Part shown: positions 36,229-50,108 of the stretch, one piece after another | Layout: the number at the start of each line of letters is the position of its first letter | How positions within the stretch are numbered: position 1 is the first letter of the stretch | From: Octopus sinensis | Lineage: Eukaryota | Assembly: GCF_006345805.1 (NCBI RefSeq) | Contig: NC_043005.1 | Span: forward strand, 31,248,001 to 31,312,000 | Length of the DNA stretch: 64,000 nucleotides | Reading direction: 5' to 3' | Notes under the pieces: model-generated | What the model was told of the DNA's origin: nothing | Database searches by the model: none | Seen by the model: only the letters and a program-made list of their open reading frames with translations | Translations under genes and position numbers: made by a program

Positions 36229-36318
36229 ATTTTCTAGATAAATGTTATGAAATATTACTGCCTTGTTTCTTTTATCTCATTCTGTCAATTTATATATGTA
36301 TATATATACATATACATA

Positions 36319-36394
<76 letters not shown>

Positions 36395-36772
36395 GTCCAT
36401 CTGGATGTTTTGTTGTTCTTTTTGTATCACTGGCTGTCCGGATGTTTTGCGTTCTTGTCCCATTTTGTATATATATATATAGCGGCATACATACACTTTG
36501 GTCGCTTATATGTAAGTATATGTATATATATATATATATATATATCTGTATGTATGTATCTTTGAGTGTGTGTTGGTGTCGGTTTTTGATACCCACTAAC
36601 GTTTAACAACCAGTGTTGGTGTCTCTGTGTTTACGTAGGTTAACGGTTTGATAGCAAAAATGACCAATAAAATAAGTACTAGGCTTTAAAAAATGGAGTA
36701 TTAGAGTCCATTCTTTCAACAAAATTTTTTCCAGGAGGTGCCACAGCATGACTGAACTGAGACATGTAAAAG

Positions 36773-36828
<56 letters not shown>

Positions 36829-36914
36829 ATATATATAATAATATATATATATAATAATATATATATATAATATATATATATATAATATATATATATATAT
36901 ATAATATATATATA

Positions 36915-36955
<41 letters not shown>

Positions 36956-37190
36956 TATATAATATATATATATATATATATAATAATACATATATATGCA
37001 TATATATACATATATATACATATACCTACATATTTACGTATAATTGTATATACATATGCATATACGAGTACAGGACGTCACAGAACGTAAACAACATGAA
37101 ATACGAAATACAAAAACATGGAATACGAACTTTTTCTGCGAACAACGAAAGAAACAAATGGAAAACAAGACACGCAACATAAAGATCGAC

Positions 37191-37251
37191 CCTTCATCAG
37201 TTGTGGGCTGTTTTTATACTCCGTATTTCAAGCAATTCACTACAAGATACG
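37191..37251 (-). ncRNA. Candidate non-circularly permuted hammerhead (third family)
   Basis: CGTA-TC-TTGTAG ..7.. CTT-GAAA-TACG ..15.. CCACAA-CTGATGA-AGG. Confidence 0.6.
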
Positions 37252-37710
37252 CCTTCGACATAACAGTTACTCACACAAAGCAAATTAAATATAATTTGGA
37301 ATTTTGCTGGAGTCAAAGTTGGTAACAAAAAATGGAAAACGAAAACAAACAGGAAGAGCTGCTAAGACTAAGCGAGGTGAAGTGGCCAATGCTGGAGGAA
37401 GAAGCTCTGACAGGAGACAGACAAGAATGCGTCTGATGCCTGCAGCTGATCGGAAAGAAAGAAAGAAAGAAATTCATGTTAAGAAAAGAAGATGGCCGAT
37501 GGTCACGTGCAAGCAACGAGAGCAAAGGTGGAAGAGTGAGAGAGAGAGGGACAGACAGAGAACGGCGAAGGGGAGAGGAAAAGAATTAGAGAAAGGAAGA
37601 GAGAGAGAATTAGAGAAACGAAGGGGAGAGGGAAACAGAAAGAGAAATAGAAAGAGATAGAAATAGAACATTAAGGGTCACATCGAAATTATAAAGATAA
37701 AACTTACTTG

Positions 37711-39913
37711 GAAATGGATGCGTGGCGTTCAATCATATAATAATATATATCGTCAGAAAATGATAAATCCGAATGAGAACACTCTAAGTTATAGAGTAGT
37801 ATAGTATTTAGAGAAAGATAGTTTTGGCCGGTTCTTAATATTACCCAGGGTTTCGCGTCCATAAAGCGATTAGCTTTATATGTCATGTCAGAACCTAATG
37901 GCCGGTGACCTATAAACTCTCTTCAAAAGAGAGAAAAGGCCACGTGGCTAATTTTTGAACACACAAAGAAGAAAGGTCAAGCACAAAGAATTGTTTCCCT
38001 TCGACCATTATCCGGAATCTATCCGGTTAGCTTACAGGTTTCAAGATTTCAGTAGGAATCGACTGAAGTGTTAGCAGGGCCCGAAGCCTTCCGTCCTGGA
38101 ATTTAAGATGTTCCCAGTTCTTTAATATCCTCGCCCGTTCTGCTATGCACAGCTTGCAACGCTTGCTTCTGTTGATGTAGGGATGTAGGGACACGGTTTT
38201 TCTAGGATCTTCCATGTGATTACATGTGGAGTACCTCCATCCTTCAGGCGCCACACGTGGCTGGCCAAGGACGTGACACAACGTCTTTCCGAGATTCATA
38301 AACGAAGATTTGTGATACCACTTCAGCCTTCTATATGACCCCCTTGGTTTCGCATTGGCCTCCCAAAGGGCATCTTCTGTAGTCCCCTGCATAAGCATCC
38401 CACCTCCGCTCGTGACCTAGGGGGTTAACTAAAATACTCTTAATATTGGTGGCAAAGCTAAAAGAGACTCTTAGGTTCTGTCTGTTGAATAGGTATCCGT
38501 ACGTATGTGATTGTGTTAAATGCTTATCTACTAGCTTAAGGAATATCCTACCTACACACGATTTTATGTTGAGGAAGAAGCGGGAGAGGGGCACCCTAAA
38601 CAATATTTTGATGGCGCTTCCTTTCACCGGTGTTAGGGCCCGGCATGTAGGAGATGCTGTCGCTAAATCCCCTAGCAGTTAGGGTCTCGGTGTAGTAGAG
38701 AACAGGGCGTCACCTCTATAAAGATAAAAGAGGACAGAGGGGAATTTCTTTTTTGAGGTATCCAGGATATACAACCCAACGAGGTCGCATATATCAGCGC
38801 TGTCGTAGGCCCTCATCGCTACGTCAAAAGAGCCCACATGGTCGGTTTATTAAACATCACTGTTTTCCTGGTTCGCATGATGACATCTCTGTCTATATCG
38901 CTTAATATCAGTGAAGCCTCTAGTCAAGGGAAATTCCTTGACCAGTAACCCTTTCGATATAGACAAGTGAAAATCGGCTATGGCGAACTGGGTGAACCTT
39001 ACTCTGCCTGTCCTCTTGTTGGTATCAAACCATATAATCACCTCATCGGCGCTGCGCCATAGGGAGAGGTTGGTGGATCATTATGTCGTTGTTGATGTTC
39101 CCCAGTATGTGTTTGCTCGCCAGTCCGATCACAGATTTAGCAGGGTTGATCAAGCGGCATTTAGGTTTAGTTCTGTTTATGGTCTTTGATAGTGATAAAG
39201 GAATTCATTTTGGTTAAAATTTCTACCCTACCTGCAATGTCTAAGTCGTTGGTTAACTGTTTGGTTTCATTGTTGATGTTGTTGTGTGTGTCTGTGTTCA
39301 GCCCTGTGTGGCCAATAAAGAAACATATAGATCTGTGTAATACTGTCTTCTACTATTTTGTTATAAGTATGGGTGTCTATCTTATATAGGTTTCTTGTTT
39401 TGTCTGAAAAGATTAAGGACCTGTCGGAATTTTTAGTAGTCTAATGTAGGTACAGACCGTACGGTAGAAAGGACAAGAGGACTTATGGAATTTTAGCCCG
39501 GGAATGATGTCCAGCAGGTCTGCTTCGAAGGCCTCAAGGTCCTTGATCCCCGGTTTGTACCTCTTAGAATTGATCCTGTATGTATTGGTTTCTGGGAATG
39601 GCGTGGCTTGGTCGTAGTAGAAAGGCTTCTATCGCATTCACTTTATTAGGTCTGTCATTTTTCTTGCAGCATTCTAGTATACAGTTCGTTAGATGGTGTA
39701 GGGAATGTTCTTAGCAGAGTATCCGAGGTCATATCGTTTCATATTTCCATATTTTCGAGAGACGAAGCGGCTTTCGTGAATATGTAGAAGCGCGGCCTGC
39801 CAGACAGCTATTTAAAACGAACCACGTGATCTTTGCAAAACATTCTGGTCGGAACGAAATGGATCGTCAGTAAATCATAAATCCGAAAGAGAACTACGCT
39901 CTAAGTTATAGAG
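37711..39913 (-). mobile_element. Internally deleted Penelope-like element with short terminal direct repeats
   Basis: FAIADFHLSISKGLL, GSFDVAMRAYDSADICDLVGLYIL, NIKSCVGRIFLKLVDKH..FNRQNLRVSFS, CPLGGQCETKGVI, RSKRCKLCIAER; direct repeats 37711-37796 and 39856-39913. Confidence 0.85.
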
Positions 39914-39940
39914 CAATATATATATACATATATATATATT

Positions 39941-39979
<39 letters not shown>

Positions 39980-40054
39980 TATGTGTGTGTGTGTGTGTAT
40001 TAAATATTAAAAATGAAGACGGTGTATAGGAAAAAGCATTTATTGGACGGTGCT

Positions 40055-40452
40055 CTTGTAGGGATGAATCTAAATGCCTATTCGATAACCTCTGCATGAC
40101 TCGTAACATCATTTATAAATGCACAGGGCCTCCCCGTGGAGGCCCGTACGTGTACGTAGGTGCCACGGCCGTTTCATTCTAGAATGGATGCCGCAACCAT
40201 GTCTCTAGCTTCAAAAAAGCAGACAAAAGGCATACGACCGCACAAGTGGACTTTCTCTGGCAACTGAAAACTAACAACGCCAGCCATGAGCTATCCTGGC
40301 ACGTGCAACCATATAACACACATTCTAGAAGGTGTGGTTTGTGCTTGGAGTAATCTCTATCTATTCAGCTTACTAAGGAAAAAGTAAATAATAAACTAAT
40401 CGAACGGATTGCACGCTGTTTATACGCCAAGAAGGCGACCTTCACCTCGTAA
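40055..40452 (+). mobile_element. PLE GIY-YIG endonuclease remnant (different family from the 38 kb element)
   Basis: CSCRDESKCLFDNLCMTRNIIYKC..YVYVGATAVSF..NHVSSF..RRCGLCLE. Confidence 0.85.
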
Positions 40453-40671
40453 ACACGGCACCCTCACTACCGTAATCCACAATGAGCTGTGAACCTCTTA
40501 TGTTTGCATTGATTGCTGTATCTGCTTAAATGCGTACAGAAAAAATGTATGTACATTTACCCATGTACCATTTATTGATCTGTGCCTATATATGCATGTG
40601 AACAATGTGCGTAAACTGTGTGAGTATATATATGTATGAAAAGTGGACGTATTTGTATGTGCGTATGTGTA

Positions 40672-40815
<144 letters not shown>

Positions 40816-41630
40816 CGTGTGTGTGTATACCTACATGCATAAGACTAAGTTTGTACATATAGGTTTCTATGTCTGTCTATAAGGTGGGTGTAAGAGTGCG
40901 TGAGAGTAAATGGGCATATGTATATACATGTGCGTGGCCGTGCGCATGCAAGCAGCTATACTCGTGTGCAGCTGTGTGTAGAGGTATGTTGTGGTATATG
41001 TACGTATATATACGATTGTGTGCAAGTATGTGCACGCATTCACAAGTGGCTGTGTGTGCGCGCGCATATGTCTGTATATATATATATGTATCTGTGTAAG
41101 CGTATCTACGCATATGTATATATATATATATATATATAGGTTTGAGTACCCGTCTGTGCGTGTGTACAGGTGTGGGCGTCTCTGTACCTGTGTATGTGTG
41201 TGTGTGTGCGTGTGCGGGTGTGCTGGTCGGTGCGTGTGTGGGTATGGAGGGTTGACTGTGCGCTCGAGTAGAGTGACACCATCTGTATACGAGCGTGAGT
41301 ATGTCTATGTGTATGGGAGGATTTAGATGTCTGTGCCAATTGGTGGGAGGATTTAGATGTCTGTGCCAATTGGTAGGATCACTGATGTCTGTGGGTACGT
41401 ATGTATGTGTAATACATACGTACTCCGGGTGCGAGTGGGCAGACACACATACATGTGAATGTATACAAGCGTGTGCGCTTATGTATACTTATGTGTGTGT
41501 CTGTCTATGCGTGTGTTTAAACGTTTGCACCCACAAAGTCAAAAGGCCTGAATCTTACCTTGGCGTCATACATGACCGCTATAGCTACGAGAAATCAAAG
41601 TCTCACATACACTGGGCCGCTCAATATATG

Positions 41631-41781
41631 TTTCTTTATTACCCACAAGGGGCTAAACATAGAGGGGACAAACAAGGACAGACAAACGGATTAAGACGAT
41701 TACATCGACCCCAGTGCTTAACTGGTACTTAATTTATCGACCCCGAAAGGATGAAAGGCAAAGTCGACCTCGGCGGAATAC
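41631..41781 (-). mobile_element. 5'-truncated SINE B with a 17 bp target-site duplication
   Basis: GGGCCGCTCAATATATG at 41614-41630 and 41782-41798. Confidence 0.9.
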
Positions 41782-42412
41782 GGGCCGCTCAATATATGGC
41801 CCCTCCATATACACTAAATTCTTTATATTTTCTTTATTTTCATTTTTTATTTTTTATCTTTAGCTATAAAACCATGGCAACAAATATAAACACCCCCACC
41901 TGTTTCATGTTAAAGGATTTGTGTTTTATTCTTGTATTTTCTTCCTAACCAAATCTTCCTCACTAGCACACATGCATCCGAACTGCTAGAATCTCTCAAT
42001 ACCACCATTTACCCTGAAGCGAAATCGAAATGTAAATCTGCGAAGTCATACACATTATGCCACCTGAAGAGACTGTACATTGCATCTAGTGTTATTGCAT
42101 CGTTCCACGCCCACTAGGAAGCAGTGGAATTTGAAGCCGAAACAATTGTCATGCTAATAAATGCTTTTTGTTATACTCCGTCTTCTCTATTAATATTTAA
42201 AATACACCCTGCGCGCACCCTGGAATTTCTAGACGTAGATCCAACAATGAGTGCAAAGTATCGCTGATGACATCTGATAGCCATAAGTCGTGAACGTGCT
42301 TCGCTAGACAAACTACCTGGAACTTACACTGAAACAAGGCTTGGATACTGCATTTAACGCCAACTTTATAAACCTAATTCTTTAACTTAATGTGTGTGTG
42401 TGTGTGTAATCC

Positions 42413-43327
42413 AGCGCAAGCGTGGCTGTGTGGTAAGAAACTTACTTCCCAACCACATGGTTCTGAGTTCAGTCCCACTGCATGGTACATTCGGCAAGTG
42501 TCTTCTGCTATAGACTCGGGCCGACCAAAGTCTTGTGAGTGGATTTGGTAGATGGAAACTGAAAACAGCTCGTTATATATATATATAAAATTGAAGGGGA
42601 TAAATGTTTTTATTTCTCCTTTAGTTTCAGAATTACTACTATTTTGCGGTTTGAGTTTAGCTGCTCTTTTCAAGTGGTTGAACGACCTGTCAGGGTCATT
42701 CCTTAATATTATTGTTGAATATATATATAGTCTGTGACTATTTCTACTTCTCACTTGACCGCTGGTGCAGAAAATTTTTCTTGAATTTTTCTTGAATTTT
42801 TTTGGCTACCCTTATATTGATTAATTAATGATTTTTTGACTAATTCTGAAATGTATCAGCAGTTTATATTTGCTGCTGAGTAGATGGCGCGGTTACGGGG
42901 ATTTCGAAAATTTAGGATATATAAACTCGAGGCTTCGATGGTGCTTGCCTCGTGTGTATATATTTTCCTTTTCTTGGCGACTTTGCTGATGAGACAAGCC
43001 AATCGTAAACAGATGTAATTTAATTAATTAATTCGATTACGTAAAAATGTTGAAACCATGCATGGTACAAAGTTGAAGGGGATAAATGTTTTTATTTCTC
43101 CTTTAGTTTCAGAATTACTACTATTTTGCGGTTTGAGTTTAGCTGCACTTTTCAAGTGAGTTGAACGGCCTGTCAGGGTCATTCCTTAATATTATTGTTG
43201 AATATATTATATAGTCTGTGACTATTTCTATTCTCACATGACCGCTGGTTGCAGAAAATTTTTCTTGAATTTTTCTTGAATTTTTTTGCTACCCTTATAT
43301 TGATTATATATATAATATATATATATA

Positions 43328-43399
<72 letters not shown>

Positions 43400-43632
43400 G
43401 TGTGTGTGTGTGCGTGTGTGCGCGTGTGTGCGTGTGTGTGTATGTCTTTGTGCTTGTGTTGTCACCTCATCAACGCTTGACAACCAGTGTTGGTCCCCGT
43501 AACTTAGTGATTTAGCAAAAGGGACCAATAGAATAAGTACCATGCTTATAAAAAGTAAGTCTTGGGGTTGATGCATTCGACTAAAGGTTCTTCAAGGCGG
43601 TGCCTCTGCATGGCTGCAGTCTAATGACTAAA
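42413..43632 (+). mobile_element. SINE A interrupted in its internal microsatellite by an about 720 bp direct-repeat cassette
   Basis: Head/core 42413-42580, 3' module about 43430-43632; insert 42588-43305 has two about 235 bp direct repeats. Confidence 0.75.
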
Positions 43633-43699
43633 ATAAAAGATATTGTATGTACACACATACATACATGCATACATACATGCATATATTGTATCGATAGAT

Positions 43700-43703
43700 G
43701 GAT

Positions 43704-43786
<83 letters not shown>

Positions 43787-43805
43787 TAGATAGATAGATA
43801 GATAT

Positions 43806-43885
<80 letters not shown>
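43700..43885. repeat. (CCAG)n(ACAG)n(ATAG)n compound microsatellite
   Basis: Read directly from the sequence. Confidence 0.95.
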
Positions 43886-46054
43886 GCTCTAATTTCTTTC
43901 GGAAATTTAAGATCGTGTTATATTTGCATTTTCCCCTTCATTTCTGTATAGAAATCTATTGTAGAGACTTGTTTCATTATGGGATTTGGATGTATGTGGG
44001 TCATTTGCAACAATCCTATGATGCGCAAGAGGCGCAGCAGAGATTGGATTTCTAACATTTTTAAAAATAGTTTTACCAGAGAAGGAATGAAAGTACTGAG
44101 ATCAAAGGACCACAAAGTGATGAGAGATAATGAGGGTGCTAAACTGGGACCATAACATCTTGACGAAACGTTTGAAAGAAGAGAAGGCAGACATGGAGCT
44201 GCTGGTGATGTTAAGCCGACTGACAGAGAAACTCTAATGCTTTATTTGTGTTATCCTCTAAAGCGTTATGCATTTGTGAAATTCGCAAAGATATGAATCA
44301 ATAAAATACCGGATATTCAACCGAATCTGTTGTACACTCTCCCTGGCGAAGTGTTGTGTTCATACGAAATTGTGTAATACTCACCTGGTGTTTAAGGGCA
44401 ATAAACAGTAATAACTCCGAGACATAGATGATGCGAAAGTCATAATCCATCTTTAGGGAAAACATGTATACATAGGATAAAAAAAAAAACACTATAACTT
44501 TTTATTTCAAAACAGATGAAGTAATGTGTAAAACACTTTGGGGCATGAGATTACCTTCTTCTGACCAGCCAAAGCAGTGATACTGTTTCAAACCTCGTCC
44601 GATTCTTTTCATTTTACTAACTTATAATGTTATAGGAAGAGCCATGAAAGCCGCAACTTCTTATTTTACATACCATAAAGCTACAATACTTTTTGCTTAA
44701 CTAAAATAATCTTGTACATTAGTGCCTAATGTCTTAAGAAAGTATTACATAAGGAACTGTGGTATTAGATTTTCACCACAAATCTCTGCGGATTCGATAA
44801 CATATTGCACATTAATGCTACGTTATACTGTTCAGTACTTTCTACACTAAGCTTTTAGGCAGAAGAAATTATCAAGTATAGATTGAGGAGTGTCAGAACG
44901 TGTGAAGTAAGGTTTTCAATTTTCCGCTTTTAACCAATTTTCTCATTTTCTTATATAAAAGCTGTTTTATTTTTTTCTGAATTATATGGATGTTTAGTGT
45001 GTGTGTATGTGTGAATGTGTGAATGTGTGTGTGGTGTGGTGTCCTACAATCGACTCTATGTTGACCACTCCCTTTCGACGAATAGCAAACAGTATGATAT
45101 CTTTTAAGAATATCGAAATTCAAATACTCCAAATATCAAAAATTTCCCAAAATATAAACAATTTGATTTCATAGAGTTTCCGAAAAATGCTAGTCTGCAC
45201 ACACTCTAATTTTCTTCCATGGAAACCTTACACTTTACCAAATACATGAAATACTAACTTCGTGTTCTTTTAGGGAATAGAGTGTGTATCAGTTTCGACT
45301 TACAGAACTTCTATGAAATCCACTTGTATTATTTAGGAACTGTTCAGATCTATAGAAAAGATATGCTGCTACAGAAATAGACATCCTTGGCAACGAATCA
45401 ATGAGAAAGTTTTTATGCTGTGTCTAAACGTGCTAGAGAAAGTAGCTAATAAATCTTCAAATCAGATCCCGTTTAGAATACATTGTACAACATGGTTCAA
45501 AATACACAAAAATAAATTTGATGGTGGAGTCGATACTTGTAGTTTCAGTATGAAATGTGTTTGATTTTATACCTACTTAGAGCATAACAACAGCAACAAC
45601 AAAAACAGCAAAACACAACAACAACAATACAGCAATAGAGTGGCAGAAACTGACACGCTACTCATGGACACATCGTTCCTATTCTTTGTCGTTTCTGTCT
45701 ACTTCGCCTCTCAATGAACTACTCAAACACAACTAAGTCAATGGCCTTTCCTCCAGATGTTATACTTATTTTTCTCAATACTTGGTTCAATAATTTTATC
45801 GCAGATCTGGAACACAATACATTTACCTCTTCCATCAACGTTACTTAGATATGCAAACTCGCATGGGTGAAAATAATAACACGATTTTTCACCCGTATAA
45901 ATTTATGCTGCTGAAGTTTAACATTCTTTTTAGAAATAGCAAGGTAAGATCTTAAGAAGATATAGGATCTGGGTGCTGTTTTGATGAAACAAGGCGACCA
46001 CAGACACGTCTTCTGTGTGTTGAAAGGAATGTGCATACGTACATACATAGACAC

Positions 46055-46117
<63 letters not shown>

Positions 46118-46145
46118 CATACATACTACTACATACATACATACA

Positions 46146-46181
<36 letters not shown>

Positions 46182-46183
46182 TA

Positions 46184-46247
<64 letters not shown>

Positions 46248-46607
46248 TATAATAAGAGTAGCTCGTATACGAGTGGGTATATATTTGTAAAAAATATAAA
46301 AAATATATATTTGTAAAAAATTACGCCAGCAGACGCCGACCAAGAATCATTACTGTTGCTCCCATTGGAACACAAGGTAAAATCTATAATGAACTCCTCG
46401 CCTTTTCAAGAACATGGATTTTTTATATTTGACTCTATTGAATGTATGTCACAATTATGAACTGTTCCATCATACTCTTTAAGCATATAGCATGGACTCT
46501 CTTTATTACATAAAAAAATTTTTTTGATAAGGTTCGTTATTTCAAGAACCGAAACATATAAAATTAAAATTTATCTAATATAGCGGCATTTTCAAACTTC
46601 ATTTTTT

Positions 46608-46644
<37 letters not shown>

Positions 46645-46710
46645 TATATATTTCATTTTTGTATGTAGTTTGCAAGATTCTTTATGTGAATTCGTGTGTT
46701 GAAGCATATT

Positions 46711-46851
46711 TTATTGTGTCTTGGAAGAGTCATTCTCTTTTAGTGCCTTATTAATTTAACACACTCACCGGTAAATGAGTGGAAATCAGGCCGGTGAGTG
46801 TGCCAAATTAATAAGGCACTAAAAGAGAATGACTCTCTCCAGACACAATAA
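46711..46851. mobile_element. Foldback/MITE remnant with about 60 bp inverted arms
   Basis: GAGTCATTCTCTTTTAGTGCCTTATTAATTT..CACACTCACCGG mirrored after an about 20 nt spacer. Confidence 0.8.
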
Positions 46852-46862
46852 TATATGTATGT

Positions 46863-46937
<75 letters not shown>

Positions 46938-46943
<6 letters not shown>

Positions 46944-47530
46944 CGTGCAAGAGAGACGTTTGCGGTGGCATGGTCAAGTACAAGGATGGATGAGGAGAGC
47001 TGTATGAAGGAGTGCCACTTCCAAACAGTGGAAGGAATCCGGGGTAGAGGGAGACCCAAGAAGACCTCTGGAGATATACTGTGACTGAGAAGATCCGGCA
47101 AATAAGTGAGTTCACAACTGTAACCTACACCAGTGTCGCATAGCCAGCCCACTCAAAAGTACCTTGGATCGGAGGGCGACATGCCGTGCTTGAGTCAAGT
47201 ACATCAAAATCAAATCAAATCACAATCAAATGGAAATTGTAGTTGTGGTCCCCATGTCGGTGGCACGTAAAAAGCACCAACCGATCGTGGTCGATGCCAG
47301 CCATTCTCTGGCCCCTGTGCCGGTGGCACGTGAAAAAAAGCACCCACTACACTCACGGAGTGGTTGGCGTTAGTAAGGGCATCCTGCTGCAGAAACACTG
47401 CCAGATCAGACTGGAGCCTGGTGGAGCCTCCTGGCTTCCCAGACCCCAGTCGAACCGTCCAACCCATGCCAGTATGAAAAACGGGCGTTAAACGATGATA
47501 ATGATGATGATGATGATGATGATGATTATG
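46938..47530 (+). mobile_element. RTE-clade LINE 3' end with a (GAT)n tail
   Basis: VQERRLRWHGQV..MDEESCMKEC..VEGIRGRGRPKKT followed by a 3'UTR ending TAAACGATGATAATGATGAT. Confidence 0.8.
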
Positions 47531-47919
47531 TATATGCCATGTATATATGTAGAAATGCATAAACAAACGATGTAACGTATACTGAATGAAAAAACGAACG
47601 GGAGACAAACAGAAGGTCCGTAATTTCTCATCAGTTATCGACCAATTGGTAACAATCAGTTTTGCGCCTTTAACGATAAGAGCGAATGCTTCCCAATTGG
47701 CAGTACCCGCAAAAAAAGGTTTTCTTGCGGAGAATTTGGGACAAGCGCAAACAAGACAAAACAAAACGAGCAAAACGACGGTGGAAGAGAACGTATAGTC
47801 GAACAAAATACGGCCTTGCGCCAAGGGGACGAAAATAGTGGGTAACGGTTAAAAGAAAATGTTTTGAACGGAGAGACAAAGAATTTGTGACTGGTCAGCT
47901 ATATATATATAATATATAT

Positions 47920-47982
<63 letters not shown>

Positions 47983-48077
47983 TATATATATATATATTTT
48001 TTTGCTATGCTGGCCATTGATAAAATTTTTTGCGGGAAAAAAATATTTATCCTATATCAATTATATATATATATATA

Positions 48078-48135
<58 letters not shown>

Positions 48136-48219
48136 TATATATATTATATATATATACATCGCCGTTTTATTGTGTCGTCTATTTGAATTTTTGCGTTCTT
48201 GTTCCCTTTTGTATTTTTA

Positions 48220-48257
<38 letters not shown>

Positions 48258-48365
48258 TATATACATATAAGCACATATACCATATACGTATATAACATAT
48301 ATACTTCATACACACACGAATACATATACGTTTATACAAATAGATACTACAAACACACATACATC

Positions 48366-48403
<38 letters not shown>

Positions 48404-48439
48404 AGTGTATAAATATATATAATAAAATATAATATAATG

Positions 48440-48471
<32 letters not shown>

Positions 48472-48542
48472 AATTATATCATTTAGAGAAATATATAAAC
48501 CCGGTGGAGAAGCACACGCTAAGATGTAGAGCAGCTAATATT

Positions 48543-48739
48543 ATAATAGGGGAGGTTGGTTTATGGAGTTACTCTGGGCTTCTTGCTTATAAGAGTTTCA
48601 GCCTTATGGCGTATCTTCGGACCCCAAACACTGCTGGCCTAAGACCTCTTTAACACCAATGTAACCCCATAAACCGGTCTCCCCCATTATTATATATATA
48701 TATATATTATAATGGGGGAGACCGGTTTATGGGGTTACA
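48543..48739. mobile_element. MITE with about 30 bp TIRs plus a third, perfectly inverted TIR copy
   Basis: 48660-48690 is the exact reverse complement of 48709-48739; diverged copy at 48543-48572. Confidence 0.75.
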
Positions 48740-49393
48740 CACATATATATATAAAGTTAGATCGATATACATACGTATATACATATAGATACATACAAAT
48801 ACATGAGTACAAATATATTGTATTATATTTTATATGCTAAAAGAATCTTGTCTCAATCCAAAATCATAGTATAGGACAGAACAATTTTCATCGCAGGCCT
48901 ATATGACGCAACACTTCCATTCTGACAAACTCAGCTACGCACATATATTGTGATCGTGGTCCTTTACTTTGCCACAGTACTGCACGTGTTTCAACTCAGG
49001 GCGTTGTTATTTAAAATCACGACAGGGCATATCCATATGAATGGTAACCAAGTGACTAGGCATTAATCTGCAACACAACAGGATCCGCTACACTTATCTA
49101 TGTTTAAATAGTAAACGTACTGTAAATAATTGGTTACGAAGGATAATAAAATCGCTTATACATTCTCACACACAAACATACATATAGAATAAAGTATTTT
49201 GAGTATGTAAATTTACGTACACGTCTATAGTTGGTACTTTATATATTATAGAGACATATAACACACACACCCATTCACACACACACACACACACACACAC
49301 AAAACACACACAAAACACACAGAAAACACACACACAAAAAAACACACACACACACATACACACACACACACACACACGCACACACACACACAT

Positions 49394-50108
<715 letters not shown>

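Noticed and set aside
38040-40452. 40 kb EN fragment as an inverted duplication of the 38 kb PLE
   Set aside because: The two EN translations differ substantially, so they are different families
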